A stretch of DNA of 63,959 nucleotides, the filler included, from Dirinaria sp. TL-2023a (lineage: Eukaryota), in assembly GCA_051941275.1 (NCBI GenBank). It is 3 parts of 3 records of this genome, joined end to end, with 100 filler letters (N's around TTAATTAATTAA, not from the genome) between each part and the next. Parts side by side here need not be neighbours in the genome. Positions count along the whole stretch, not along the records: positions 44,989 to 63,959 come from JAVEBF010000357.1; 2 more parts are not named here. One strand, given 5' to 3'. The notes below the pieces were generated by a model, which searched no databases, was not told where the DNA came from, and worked only from the letters and a program-made list of their open reading frames with translations. The translations under genes were made by a program, and so were the position numbers. Positions 50,017 to 61,275 of the stretch are shown one piece after another (position 1 is the first letter of the stretch; each line of letters starts with the position of its first letter).

Positions 50017-52052
50017 ATGGGTTCATTGGAAGAGCCGCAGAATACTTATGACTTTATCGTCGTTGGAGGTAAGATAGTGGAATGAGCAAATAATCGAAAA
50101 TGTACACTGACAAGGGATTCAGGTGGCACGGCTGGGAACGTAGTTGCAGGCCGGTTGGCCGAGAATCCTGATGTCTCCGTCCTGGTGGTCGAAGCGGGTC
50201 CCGGAAATCCTCGAGATGAAGCTACGATCACAAATCCCGCCCGCGCGATGGAGCTACGAGGTTCCAAGTATGACTGGGGTATGAGCTAGATGGCTGCGAA
50301 GGTCTTTGCGGGTGCTGATTGGGTAACCTAGGTTACAAAGCCACATTCATCGACCGTGACGATTACACTCGTGTTGAACAGCCGCATACACGAGGTAGAG
50401 TGCTCGGCGGATGCTCCTGCTTGAACTATTCCACTTGGGTTCGCGGCTGCCATGGGTCTTATGACGATTGGGCCGAATTCGGCGGCAAGGCATGGAACTG
50501 GAATGGGTGCGAAGAGTACTTCGATAAACCAGCAAATTACCATGACGACAGTCGTCTATTCAACCCCAAACTGGCCAAGGTCGGCCGAAAAGGACCTCTT
50601 GACGTTGCAATGGTACCGGAGCTTGAGCCATTCCGCGAAGCATTATCCAAAGCTTGGGTTTCTAAGGGCGAAAGACTTACCGAAAACATATGAAGGCCAA
50701 GTTAATGGCCTGGTCAAATGCATGAACACCATCTACAAAGGTGTACGTTCCACCAGCACTTGTTTTCTCGATGGAAAACCGAACATCAAGATTTTGGCGG
50801 AGACCCGTGCAAAGAAGCTCATAATCGAGAGCGAGAAAGCAAGCGGCGCTCTACTCATCGACAAGTCCGGTGAAGAGTTTGAAGTACATGCTAAGCGAGA
50901 GGTTATCCTGTCCTGCGGAGTATTTGAGGCAAGTTTTTCGCGGTATCTCTTATGGCTCGACTGCAGGCTCACATCAAGTTTAGTCTCCCAAGACGCTCAT
51001 GATCTCCGGAATTGGGCCCAAAGAGCAACTGTCTCAATATGGTATCGACTGCAAGCTCGATTCGCGTCATGTCGGCCAAAACTTGCGTGACCATCCCATC
51101 CTGCCACATGTTTTCAAAATCAAGGATGGGATTGGACTCGATAGTCACTTGTTGCGGGCCGGATACATGAAAGAGGCGGCTGTTCGCGCGTATGAGAGAG
51201 ACCATAAGGGACCACTTCGCAGTGGTCTTTTGGAGCTCGTTGGCTTTCCGCGAATCGACAAGAGACTAGAAAAGGATCCCGAGTACCTCAAACTTAAGGA
51301 AGCGAACGGCGGACTCGATCCATTCGGTCCGGATGGCCAGCCACACTTCGAGATTGACTTTGTCGTAAGTGGAAGACTGCATTGGAGCTCCCTATTAGCG
51401 GAGAATATGCTCACTGAAGCTGAATTCTTTCTAGCCGATGTTCGCGGACGCCTTCCAGTGGCACTTTCCGACGCCTGCCACAGGAGACCATCTCACTGTG
51501 GTTGTGGATTTGATGAGACCACTGTCGAAACCGGGAGAAGTCCGTCTTCGGTCGGCCTCCTACCTTGATAAACCTTCCATCAGCCTCAATTTCTTCGGCA
51601 ACGATATGGATCTATTGGCTATGCGTGAGGGTGTTCGATTTGTCGACGATATCCTCATGAACGGCGAAGGCATGAAAGATCTCATTGAAGCCGACTACCC
51701 GTGGCCTATGCCGCGGGCATCCGATGAGGCTATGAATAGGGTCATCCTCGAAAGAAGCCAGACAGGTTTCCACGCATGCGGCACTAACCGATTAAGCAAA
51801 GAAATCGAGCAAGGTGTGGTGGATCCTAGTCTGAGGGTACACGGGATCAAAAGCTTGCGCGTTGTTGACGCAAGTGTTTTCCCGCTTATTCCAGATTGTC
51901 GGATTCAAAGTGTAGTGTACATGGTTGCAGAAAAGGTCTGTACCTCGCCCAAAATCCTTCCGTTTCATCCTCTGGGAAAAGTCATGATGGCTGACACGCT
52001 GTTTCAGGGAGCCGATGCAATTAAAGCTGATCATCCTGACCTTTACAAATAA
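50017..52052 (+). pseudogene. GMC oxidoreductase with an apparent 2-nt deletion frameshift at about 50690 (pseudogene or assembly error)
   Basis: YDFIVVG|GGTAG..RLAE..VLVVEAG, RGRVLGGCSCLNY, SPKTLMISGIG, VGQNLRDH and GVVDPSLRVHGIKSLRVVDAS. The frame breaks at gaa aac ata tga agg, and no intron is available there. Confidence 0.75.
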
Positions 52053-52868
52053 TTTCTTGATGCGAGAGCAGTGCCTCTCAATAGCTAGGATTGTGCTTAG
52101 TGAAAACAGTTGTCAATGCTATTCGTCCCAGTGCTTCTATTTTAGGAAGTATCTCTCGAGACTGTGACTATTTGATCCTGTCTCGAGATCGTAGCAGCAG
52201 AAATCTTTGCATTGATCAAATTCTGCATTCATAAACTTGAAAGTCATTTCAAATCGGAAGTCGCCGTTGATTGTGCTTTTGATCTTTCGAGCCTATTTTC
52301 GATGATGATGCGCCGGCCTCGAGAAGCATCTCAATTGTTGCGCTATTCTGATATCCCAGACCTCTCAGCTTCTTAGCTATTTCATGGACTTTCTCAGGAG
52401 ATTTGGAACTCATCCTCAAAATGGCAGCGAATGATCCCCTCTGATCGCCTTTGTGGGTGTGACTTTTTGATGCAACGAGACAGAGACTCAGTAATATGCC
52501 GCTTCCATCAGCTGGATGCCGAAGACGATCTCATGCCGCGAAGTAATATATGATTAAGGCAAGCTCAGCATGTGATCTCGCACACGACGCGCTAGTCCCC
52601 AGACCTTACCAAAAGACAGAATTCCAGACACGGAATCATGTGACTGTGGAGACTGCATTCTCGAGCATCAATAGAAAAGCAATCCAAACAGGAGTGCGGC
52701 GAAAAATCTATATTCACTGTCTTCTCCGACTGATATCCATGATATCTTGCGCTCCATAAAGATGGTACAAAAACGCATGCACATGGGTATCTTCCCCTCC
52801 ATGCCACTCCGACAATGAAACTCCATTGGCTATGCTGAACAACGATTATATTCATCACAACGCTTCCG

Positions 52869-53448
52869 TCAGCGCGGTTTGCCTTGCTGCTTCTGCGCCT
52901 CGGCCTCTGTAGAGACAGTCCGTCAGGCTTATACATTCGTGGCCTAAGGTGGAATATAAAAGCCACTTACCGCGCCGAGTCGCGTCCTGTAAGAGCGGGA
53001 TATCGACGGCCGCCGCTGGGAGATGGACGTAGCGGACGGTGCTGCCACGGATGAAGATGTTTTTGACCGAGGACTATTGTGACGCCATGGATGAATTAGC
53101 ACTCCAAAATTGCATCCCTTCTCATGGAGCTCGCAGGTGGTCGCGCCAGGTCAAACGTATGAGGGGCTTGCGAAAAATTTAAGGGCGGGGAAAACGGAGA
53201 TGTTCGAACTCACGAGATGCGGATACTCTGCCTCGTTCACGACGCTGATGTCGTCCAGCTTGAAATTGAGGTACTGGTCGACGGACTTGAGGGTGCCGCG
53301 GATGGAGATGTCATTCTTGAGCTCCACGGTCACGACCTGGTCGACCATCGTCTTGAAGAAGCTGCGATGATTGTATTAGCAACCTTGCCCTCGATAGTCA
53401 AACGCTCAAGCAGATCAGTCAGGCAGTGGACTACCTGAAGAACAACAT
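52869..53448 (-). CDS. LSM2: U6 snRNA-associated Sm-like protein Lsm2 (4 exons)
   Basis: MLFFS|FFKTMVDQVVTVELKND..GTLKSVDQYLNFKL..YPHL|SSVKNIFIRGSTVRYVHL..LLQDATRR|EA. Confidence 0.96.
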
Positions 53449-53895
53449 GTCGCTACTATCGGACTCAAAGGTTGGATTCTGAGCCCAGTGGCCGAGCTGG
53501 GGTATTTCGAATATAGTATCGGGTTCAGCGATACAACGCGATGGTGAAGAGAATGATGTTTGATTTTGATTGAGCACTTGATGTCGGTGATGCCAAGTCA
53601 CATGCGGACGCGACAGGCTGGGAACAAAGCTCCAGATTCGCTCTGGTCGTATCCAAACTATGAGCTGTCCTACACGCAATATAAATAAGTCCACATGAAC
53701 AGGGCGGGAAGGCGGATATTCTGCAGCATTTGGCCCTGGTTGTGATGGCACTGGATCACACAAGGAACAACGGATGGTCAGAACATTGTTGTTTGTGGAA
53801 ATTAGTCTCAGCAGAAAGGTACTGTGAGGGAATAGATGGATTCGATCTCATCAGGTTGTGCCATTGCCAGATAATCTGTAGGATAAGCAATGAAT

Positions 53896-55088
53896 TCAAT
53901 CGGCAACACTATCGCCAACCTGCTCCCCTACAGCAGCTCCCTGTTCTTTGATCTTCTTCCCGGGCAGGTCTTCTGCCTCATCTGTAGCTGCAGTGACACG
54001 CTTCACCTTTGTCCCTGGCTCTTCACTGCTTTGGCTGCCACCCTCGCCAATTCCCTTCTTTGCCTCTTGAGGGTCATATTTCCCTCCGCCAACAGCCTTT
54101 TCCAGTCCTCCGTGTTCTTCTAACGCCTTAGTGTCTCTGTCTGCTCCTCCTGCCTCTTCTTTTTGGCCCGTAGTCGCAACCGTAGGCTCCAAGGTACCAT
54201 GACTATGCTCGACCTCTCCATCCTTCACCTCTCCTTCTCCCTTATCGGTACCCACTTCCTCATCCGGACCTTCGCCAATACCCTCCAGTTCTTCCTTTTC
54301 TCCCTGAACAGGAGAGGCGTTCTCCGCTTGATTCTCCGACCGAGCCCCTTCCGTCTCTTGCTTACCTTTGTTTTCTGGTTCCCTAGCACTATCAAAGGGC
54401 TTCGCAGCAGACGCTCTGGCTTTCGTTTTTGCTTCTTCGGCCTTCTTCGCAGCTTCGAGACCGAGCTGGCGCATTTGCGCGGCTAGTGGACTTTCCGTCG
54501 AGCCTGATGATGGAGGAGAGGAGGGTTTCCTTGGGGACGTGGGTGTGGCTGCTGAGGGTTGAGGGCTGGAATAGGGAGCGGTATGCGGGGGTTGGGGCGT
54601 ATTAGGTGGGGCACGGGTCGTAGGAGGAGGTTTTGATGGCGTATTGGTCGTTGATGCAGCAGCCGAAGGGGTTAACGCAAAAGAGAGGTTATCTTTTACT
54701 TCTCCATACTCGTTCCATTCCTCGATCTCTGGTAGATCCTATAGCTTTATCAGCATCCCAGTCGTCGTAGTACAGAGAACAGCAAGCTTGTCTCGTGCTC
54801 CTTATATGTATCTTTCTTTGGAAGGCTGAGTAGATCAGGACTTACTGCAACGATCATACCCATCCTCACCAATCCCGGTAACTTTCTCTTCCCTGCTCTT
54901 CGACCCCATAGCATACGTGCTTTCTCATCAGTAGCGACATCAAGGGCTTGGAATGAGATTTTATTCGCCTTCAGGATAGTTTCGAATCGCGAGGTGGCGG
55001 TGACGATCTGCGAGGAGCCAGAAGAGAGGGATGTGTAGAGGTACAAAGTAGGATCCGTATGGTAAGATTTGGGGGTTGAGTCAGCCAT
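53896..55088 (-). CDS. SH3BGR/glutaredoxin-like thioredoxin-fold protein with Pro-rich linker and Glu-rich tail (2 exons; intron 54845-54739)
   Basis: LYLYTSL..TSRFETILKANKISFQALDVATDEKARMLW..LPGLV|DLPEIEEWNEYGE. The frame is open into the 53896-54474 ORF. Confidence 0.8.
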
Positions 55089-55129
55089 TGCCACAAGTCT
55101 CTAGTTGGACCTATGTTACAGAAGTTGGA

Positions 55130-55160
55130 AAGTCAACAAGTCAACAAGTCAACAAGTCAA
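55130..55160. repeat. (AAGTCAAC)x~4 tandem repeat in a divergent promoter
   Basis: aagtcaacaagtcaacaagtcaacaagtcaa. Confidence 0.9.
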
Positions 55161-55432
55161 ATTGCTAGAACTGGGAAGTAGATATGTAGTAGTGAAGAAG
55201 GCATCGAACGGCGAACGGGTGTCCGAGCGGAGTGGATTGCCTATTTGGGACAAGAAGGCTTCGACGTCATTCCAGATCCAGCAACAACGGGCCAACTCCA
55301 CCTCATTCTCGGTCGATTCAAGCTGCTCCTCTAAAGGACAATGGATCGATGGACACAACATACAAACACTCTAACATCCTAGGATCTACCTTCACACAAC
55401 TCCCACAATCAGGCCATTCCATCTCACACACC

Positions 55433-55908
55433 ATGCTCTACCGCGCACTAATAAAAACGCACCACATGACGTCCCGGAAAAAGATCCAGCGGCTATGCAA
55501 AGCCACGAAAGCGCAACAGTGCTCCGTCGTGATCAAGACCGGCCTGCCGCCAGGCGTCATGATCGTCGAAGGGGAGGAGCAGGGGAACGTCCAAGGATGG
55601 ATCAAGGTAGTCAAGGCACGCCATACACATCTCGCTTCTATAGCTACCTATGACTACTTATGCTCCTTCAATTGATTGAAGATATGGCTAATGCGTTGTG
55701 GTGTTGGTTGGTGGGCAAACAGGCGATGAGATATAAATTCTACGATCTGCTGTGTTTCGAAGAGGTTGGCGAACAGCAGGGTCGGCTGCTGGTGGAACCG
55801 GGCCATGTAAAGGAATTCACTGAGATGAAAGGCATGGACGGATTCTTGGAATCGTGTGAGGCAAAGCAGTGGTGGGTGACAAAGATGGGTTTCCCACGTT
55901 GCTCGTAA
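55433..55908 (+). CDS. Small stand-alone DUF1115/RWDD-C-terminal-like protein (2 exons; intron 55616-55722)
   Basis: RALIKTHHMTSRKK..KTGLPPGVMIVEG..WIKVVK|AMRYK..WW..MGF. The HH..S..K and G.PG...VEG pattern is recalled from that family and was not searched. Confidence 0.65.
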
Positions 55909-56121
55909 CGAGGGCGAAGGGCCTCCTAGATTCCAAAGGGAAAGAAGGGCGTTTGCGCATGTTTGGTCGAGTGATTGAGAGAGTATGGATATGGTACAGT
56001 CCAGTACAGTATGCGCATTTCTCTACCTCCCAAGGGAAAAGACCGTTTAATAACCTCGCATGCTAATTACAGATAATGAATGGACAAGAATGCCGACTCC
56101 TTGCTCGCCGCCGAAGCGAGC

Positions 56122-58269
56122 TCAGTGCTTTTCACTCAGCTCGCCTTCGGGGCTTGAGTCGCTCCCATTGGGATACCTCTCCTTAGCCGCGATCACAGGG
56201 CTGCGGCTAGTCTTTACAAAGTACGTCGAGACGTCGCTCGACCACACACTGTCATCCTCATCATCGTGCTCGTACTGGCCTCCTTTCTCGGCGGCTTTCC
56301 TGGCCTGGCTAGCTTCCCAGTCGGCGCGCATCTCCTCGATCTTCTGCTTGTAATCGAGTTCGGGATCGTAATGTTTGCCGACGCCGCGCATGCGCTCCCA
56401 CAACGACAGATGTTTGGGATGCACGGCAATGCCGTGGTACTCTGAATCTCGTCCAGCACGCAGGTACTGCCATCGCCGTTCTTGCTCTTTAAGATCAAGG
56501 CCTGTGGTATCGGGAAGGAAAAGCAAAGTCACAAGCATACCGCCCAAACCGAACCATGGGACAACGTGGAACTTCTGTTTGGTGGTGATGTAGTTGTACA
56601 TGACAGCCGCAAGTAGGGCCCCGAGCTTGCCGCAGGCGGCGGAGAAGCCGTGAGCGGTGGCGCGAATGGGGGTTGGATAAACTTCGGCTGCGACGAGGAA
56701 AGTCACGGCGTTGGGACCGAACTGGTTGAAGAAGGAGGAGAGGAAGTACATGGCCTGGAAGGCGGTAACGCCCTTTGTCGACACGTAATAGTCATAATGG
56801 AAGGCCGGAACCACGAAGAGGATGAAATCTAACAGGAAACCAATCATTTGCATGCGTTTCCGGCCGTATAACTTATTATCGATGAGGAATGCTATCATTC
56901 GTCAGCATAAACATTGAGAGGCGTGAGGCATGAATGCCTCGGTGGAAGAGAGATTGCTCACAGGCCAGGTAATAACCCACGAGAGATACACCGACGTTTA
57001 TCAAATTGTACAGCCAGTTTGTCGTGACAGACTTGTTGTTTGGGTCAATGACCCCGATAAACTCGGCCTGGAAGAGTTTATTGCCATAGAAGAAAACATC
57101 ATTGGCAAACCAGCCGCCGGCTGTCGCGATCAACCGCGGACCGAAATAGGTCAAGGTCAGCTTCAAAGACTGCGTATCGTAACCCGTCACCTTTTGCTTT
57201 TGCTTTGCGGCGACCAGTTGCTTGCTTGCAGCTTTCATTTTGTAGGCACGGTAGTAGACAAGCCAGAGTGTACCGACAGCGGGAATCGCGAACGAAATGC
57301 GGTATGTCCATTGAACAGCGACTTCCGAATAAGGAGGATTGCCGCTGCCGTGGTGGAAGACCAAGAGGAGAATGATAAGAATGACCTGGTTGAAGAATTG
57401 ACCCCAACCCTGCATCAAGAAAGCCGTCGTGACCTTGCGGCCTCGGTGCAGGCGATCCTCCTTGGTCGAGACCTTTCCTGACCCAACCGCATTCTCCATA
57501 CCCGAAGTCGCTGTCATGGGATATTCACCCCCAACACCAATGCCGTAGAAGAAGAGAGACCAGGCATAGCAGATGACCCAACCATTGAGCGTCGTACCCC
57601 AGGAGGCGACCAGCATGACCAGACCGAGGAACATGATGACCGCATCTTGGATCAAGCCCCAGCGACGGCCGAGCCTGAATTCGTCAGAGGTGTTTCCATG
57701 CGCCTTGCCGGCTGACTTACCAATCACCTAGAACCCCGACCAGGATTTGTCCCACAATGATGCCGCAGATTTCCAGGTAGTCGACCGCGTAGATCCATGT
57801 GATGTTACAGATTTTCGAGTTCTTGCCCCAGCAGCTCTTGAAAGCGGCCTGAAACAGCGGCTTGACGTTCCCGATGGAGAAGAGGACGTAACTGGTGATG
57901 GGTCACTAGCTGAACCTAGCCGAGTAGCACCTCAACAACTTACCCTTCCAGACCCAGACCGGCACCTGGGATGACGGCATTTCTGAAATACCAGCCCACC
58001 GGGCTCAAGGGGTCCTTCTTCATCATGCGGCCGATGCTGGACAACTCTTTCTTGGCTTCCTTGGAATCGCCCGCGGTGACAAACCTGACCTGCTGCAACA
58101 GCGGCAGGTCGGCCCAGTAGACGCCGTTTTCGTCGTAGATGTCGTCGGGCTTGATCAAATAATCGAATATCTGCTTTTCATTTGCGGCCATTTGATGAGC
58201 CGGCTCGTCCACCTCTGGATTGGGACCATGAGGAGCCGTCAAACCACTGAGGCCGGCGAGGTTGGACAT
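56122..58269 (-). CDS. MFS phosphate:H+ symporter family transporter (Pho84/Git1-like), 4 exons
   Basis: GLGLEG|YVLFSIG, GRRWGLIQD, GIGVGGEYPMTA, MQGWGQ and QFGPNAVTFLVAAEVYPTPIRATAHGFSAACGKLGA. Confidence 0.9.
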
Positions 58270-58711
58270 GGTGACTGTGTGGGGAGTGTAGGTAACACCC
58301 GTGAATGAGAGTTTCCAACGTCAACGTCTCAACCCGAGAAATTGGATGCTGTGGAAGCTGAAGGAGCGGGCTGCTGCAGAAAGGTGCAGATGTCAAGGAA
58401 GCCAAGAAGGGCCAGGCGGAGGAGAAAGGCTTATATCAATAACCACCTCATGCATGCAGAGTGTGGGTAGCCGAGTTGGTGTGGGATCTGGGATTATTAT
58501 TATGGAGGATTGGCGACGGCGGGAATGGCCGTCGTACCTTAGTCCTTAGTGAGTGAGTAGCGAGTACAGTAGTACCTACCTAAGGTAGTGGGTGGTTTGG
58601 TAGGTAATTAGGTAGTGACTACTGGAAGAGGAGTAGCGAGGTGGGAGGTGGAAACGGAGGAGTTCAGCAGTTGGTGTGACGGTGGAAGAAATTTCTGGAT
58701 CTTGGCGCAGT

Positions 58712-58755
58712 CCAGCGAGTCTAGTGAGTCTAGCGAGTCTAGAGAGTCCAGAGTC
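58712..58755. repeat. Imperfect 9-bp tandem repeat (AGNGAGTCT)x~4-5
   Basis: cagcgagtctagtgagtctagcgagtctagagagtccagagtc. Confidence 0.8.
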
Positions 58756-58857
58756 CCTGCACGTTCTCAGACCCGGAGCTTCCAATGGTCGTCAGAGTCT
58801 CGTCAGTCTTTCCCACTAGCACCCGAGGGAAGGGAAACGAGGGCAGTTTGCCGCACA

Positions 58858-58863
58858 CACGTG
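58858..58863. promoter_or_regulatory. CACGTG E-box (possible Pho4/NUC-1/PalcA site) about 590 bp upstream of the phosphate transporter
   Basis: Motif seen directly. The function is inferred from the identity of the downstream gene. Confidence 0.4.
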
Positions 58864-59779
58864 GAATCTGCCGGCACTTGATTGGCTGCAGATCAGAGCG
58901 AGAGCCTAAGGTGGAGGACGCAAGAGATCTGCGGGATGTGACCAAGGGGTTCAAGTAATAAGGATGATATATCCGGGTGGAGCGTTGTTGGTCCGGTTTA
59001 AAGGGGACTCCAAGACCAGTGATGGGACCAAGATTAGTTTGCCAGCCGTTGAGCCGTTCAGAGCAGCCCTTCTATCTTTCTGAAAATAGGACGGCGAGAT
59101 TCCTCTGTTGTTAAATTTTCTGAAAGAATTGTGGTTTTCGCGCACTCTAATCAGGAGTCGGGAAAAGTCTAAGCTTGGTGGATCGCAGTCGGTAGAGCTG
59201 GCAAGAAGGGCGACAATTCAAGTGTTAATAATAATAATGCTTGTGCCCCACGTCGAATATTCCCCGAGTGCCTGGAAAAACGAAAAAATATTCGAAGAAG
59301 CCGAAGGATCCCGTGCCAAACTCGGGGCACTGGAGAGAGAGAGAGTATCAGGCTCTCCGCAAAATTTCCCCCCTCCTCTACAACATTTGTGGGTGCGGCG
59401 ATTGTTTCTTTTTCCGCGCCGACTTCCGCCTCTCTGGCGTCGACGACGTTGCCATGGTGTAAGCTTTTTCGCTGCATACCGAGGTTGATCTGCAATGATT
59501 TTCATTCGTTTGACGGCCATTCTGAATGCATTGGGAAGACAGGTGAGGTTGACCATTGACCAATCAACAAGCACGAATGCACAACGTGCTCGATTCAAGG
59601 TTTTGGCCGGCACGTCTGGCCGTTACGGAACCGCTGGTCAGACTAGGTCAAAAAAGGCTAGAACAGCTCCGGGCTCGACGCCAAGGCTAAACGGTGTCTG
59701 ATTCGTCAGAACGGCGAGGACGGATTACGGATTTACGTCCAGGCCTCCCGAGCCCCCCTTCAGGCGCAAGAAAGTGTGG

Positions 59780-59807
59780 GGTGGAAAAGGTGGAAAAGGT
59801 GGAAAGG
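59780..59807. repeat. (GGTGGAAAA)x3 tandem repeat
   Basis: ggtggaaaaggtggaaaaggtggaaagg. Confidence 0.85.
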
Positions 59808-60687
59808 TTGAAGTAGCGGCAGATCGTCGGTCGTTGACATCTTCTTGCATTTCCCCACACAGTCAAGTATGGATGTATGGTAATGGATGGTAAAACCTGA
59901 ACAAGTCTCTGTCTGATTCCCATCTTCATCCCGATGCCAGATCTCGCGATCTGCAGTGGCAAACACCATCTGGCCTGTGGGACCCTTTCCTTAGCGGCGA
60001 CGCAATCCATCGGCATCTGGGAAAAGGCTGCAGCTGTCAGCAGTGAAGATGGGAAGCTCCGTCACTGTCACCCTACCTTACTGTGCCTTACCTACTGACG
60101 TGTAGCTCTTTGCGTGCGCCAAGGTATTCCTGGTGCCTCTAGCGGTACGAAGGGAATATCAGATCCATCGATCGCTCCAGGGAATAATATTATTGATACT
60201 TAAGCTTGCGAAGTGCCCCAGGCTACGGTACCTCACTTTGGCAAAGCTGCCGAGCAAACCCATCAAACAGTGTCCAATCCCGGTCCTGCATGACGTATCA
60301 AGTGGCGTCCCAAAGGCAATATTGATGCTGAGGCCGAGGGAAATGTTGGCCATCAGTAAAGTGCATGCGTACCGATGCCTGGTTCAACCTCCACATTCAT
60401 CCGTGGTCGGACCACTGCCCCTTGGGTGAGAAAGTTTGCAACGTCTTGCCCGAAGCGGGAGTGAAAATGCGAGGGCGACGATGACAGAATAATATTATTG
60501 AGTACGCGAGTGAGACGACCATGAAGAGGAGCACTAACAAAAGCATAACCCGCTGCCCACATATTAACCGTCTACAGCTGCCTATCCGTGACATTCAGCA
60601 CTCTTGAGAGGCCTCAGACTTCTCTTTCTCCAGCCACTTTCGCTAACAGTATCGGAGCCGGAGTATTGCTCCTCAGCCCTATTCAAG

Positions 60688-61275
60688 CTACGTCCAGCTT
60701 CTCCATCTGGTGTCTACCGTGTCCACCTCTCTCCGCACCCGTTTCTCCAACTCTCGCATGTCTCTCCTGTCTCTCTGCATCTCCAGCTCTGCACGGTGGC
60801 GCTCCTCACGCCGTGCTCTGCAGCGGTCCTGATCCAGCATGTCCCAGAGATCGCGGACCTTCCTCTTCACCTCCTTGTAGCTGCGGCTCGACGAAGACGA
60901 GACGCTAGAGCAGCGTCGCCTTCGGTTGCCGCAGGTGCACCTGTTCTTGGAAGAACATGGACACTGATCAGAATCTTTCTTCTTCGCCTCTTTGATGTAC
61001 ACCACTTCTGTTTTGGGCTTCTCTTCCTTTGGTGCCTGTGCCCTCTCCTGGCATGGGCGGTGCCCCTCGATCCATTGCGTTGGAGGGGGGCAACGGGGTC
61101 CGCTCGAAGGCACGGCAGTGATTACGCCTATAGGCGGCAATTCTGCCGGACGGCCATAGGATTCGGGCGACAATGGCTCAAGGAACGGCACTCTATAGAT
61201 CGAGTCGCAGACTCTTGGCCTGGAGCAATGCTTCTTGGTTGGGCTGTTTACGACTGTGATCGGAGGAAGGCACAT
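60688..61275 (-). CDS. Hypothetical basic Pro/Arg/Cys-rich protein with a C-terminal coiled coil
   Basis: 195-aa ATG ORF with GCCATG context and a charged heptad-like C-terminus. No recognisable domain. Confidence 0.55.
   Translation of the reverse strand: MCLPPITVVNSPTKKHCSRPRVCDSIYRVPFLEPLSPESYGRPAELPPIGVITAVPSSGPRCPPPTQWIEGHRPCQERAQAPKEEKPKTEVVYIKEAKKKDSDQCPCSSKNRCTCGNRRRRCSSVSSSSSRSYKEVKRKVRDLWDMLDQDRCRARREERHRAELEMQRDRRDMRELEKRVRREVDTVDTRWRSWT

Noticed and set aside
30895..52052. Secondary-metabolite cluster (ADH, GMC, transporters)
   Set aside because: There is no PKS, NRPS or terpene backbone gene, and the oxidoreductases are interspersed with housekeeping genes across a contig gap.
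52300..52352. Possible C/D snoRNA (TGATGA ... CTGA)
   Set aside because: It is too short, has no terminal stem, and shows only imperfect recalled complementarity to rRNA. It would need snoscan/Infernal support.
281..58269. Stop-codon readthrough or cryptic PTS1 extensions
   Set aside because: The stop contexts I checked (ERV1, COP1, FRE, yippee, ADH, GMC, phosphate transporter) lack TGA-CTA, and I noticed no SKL-type extension.
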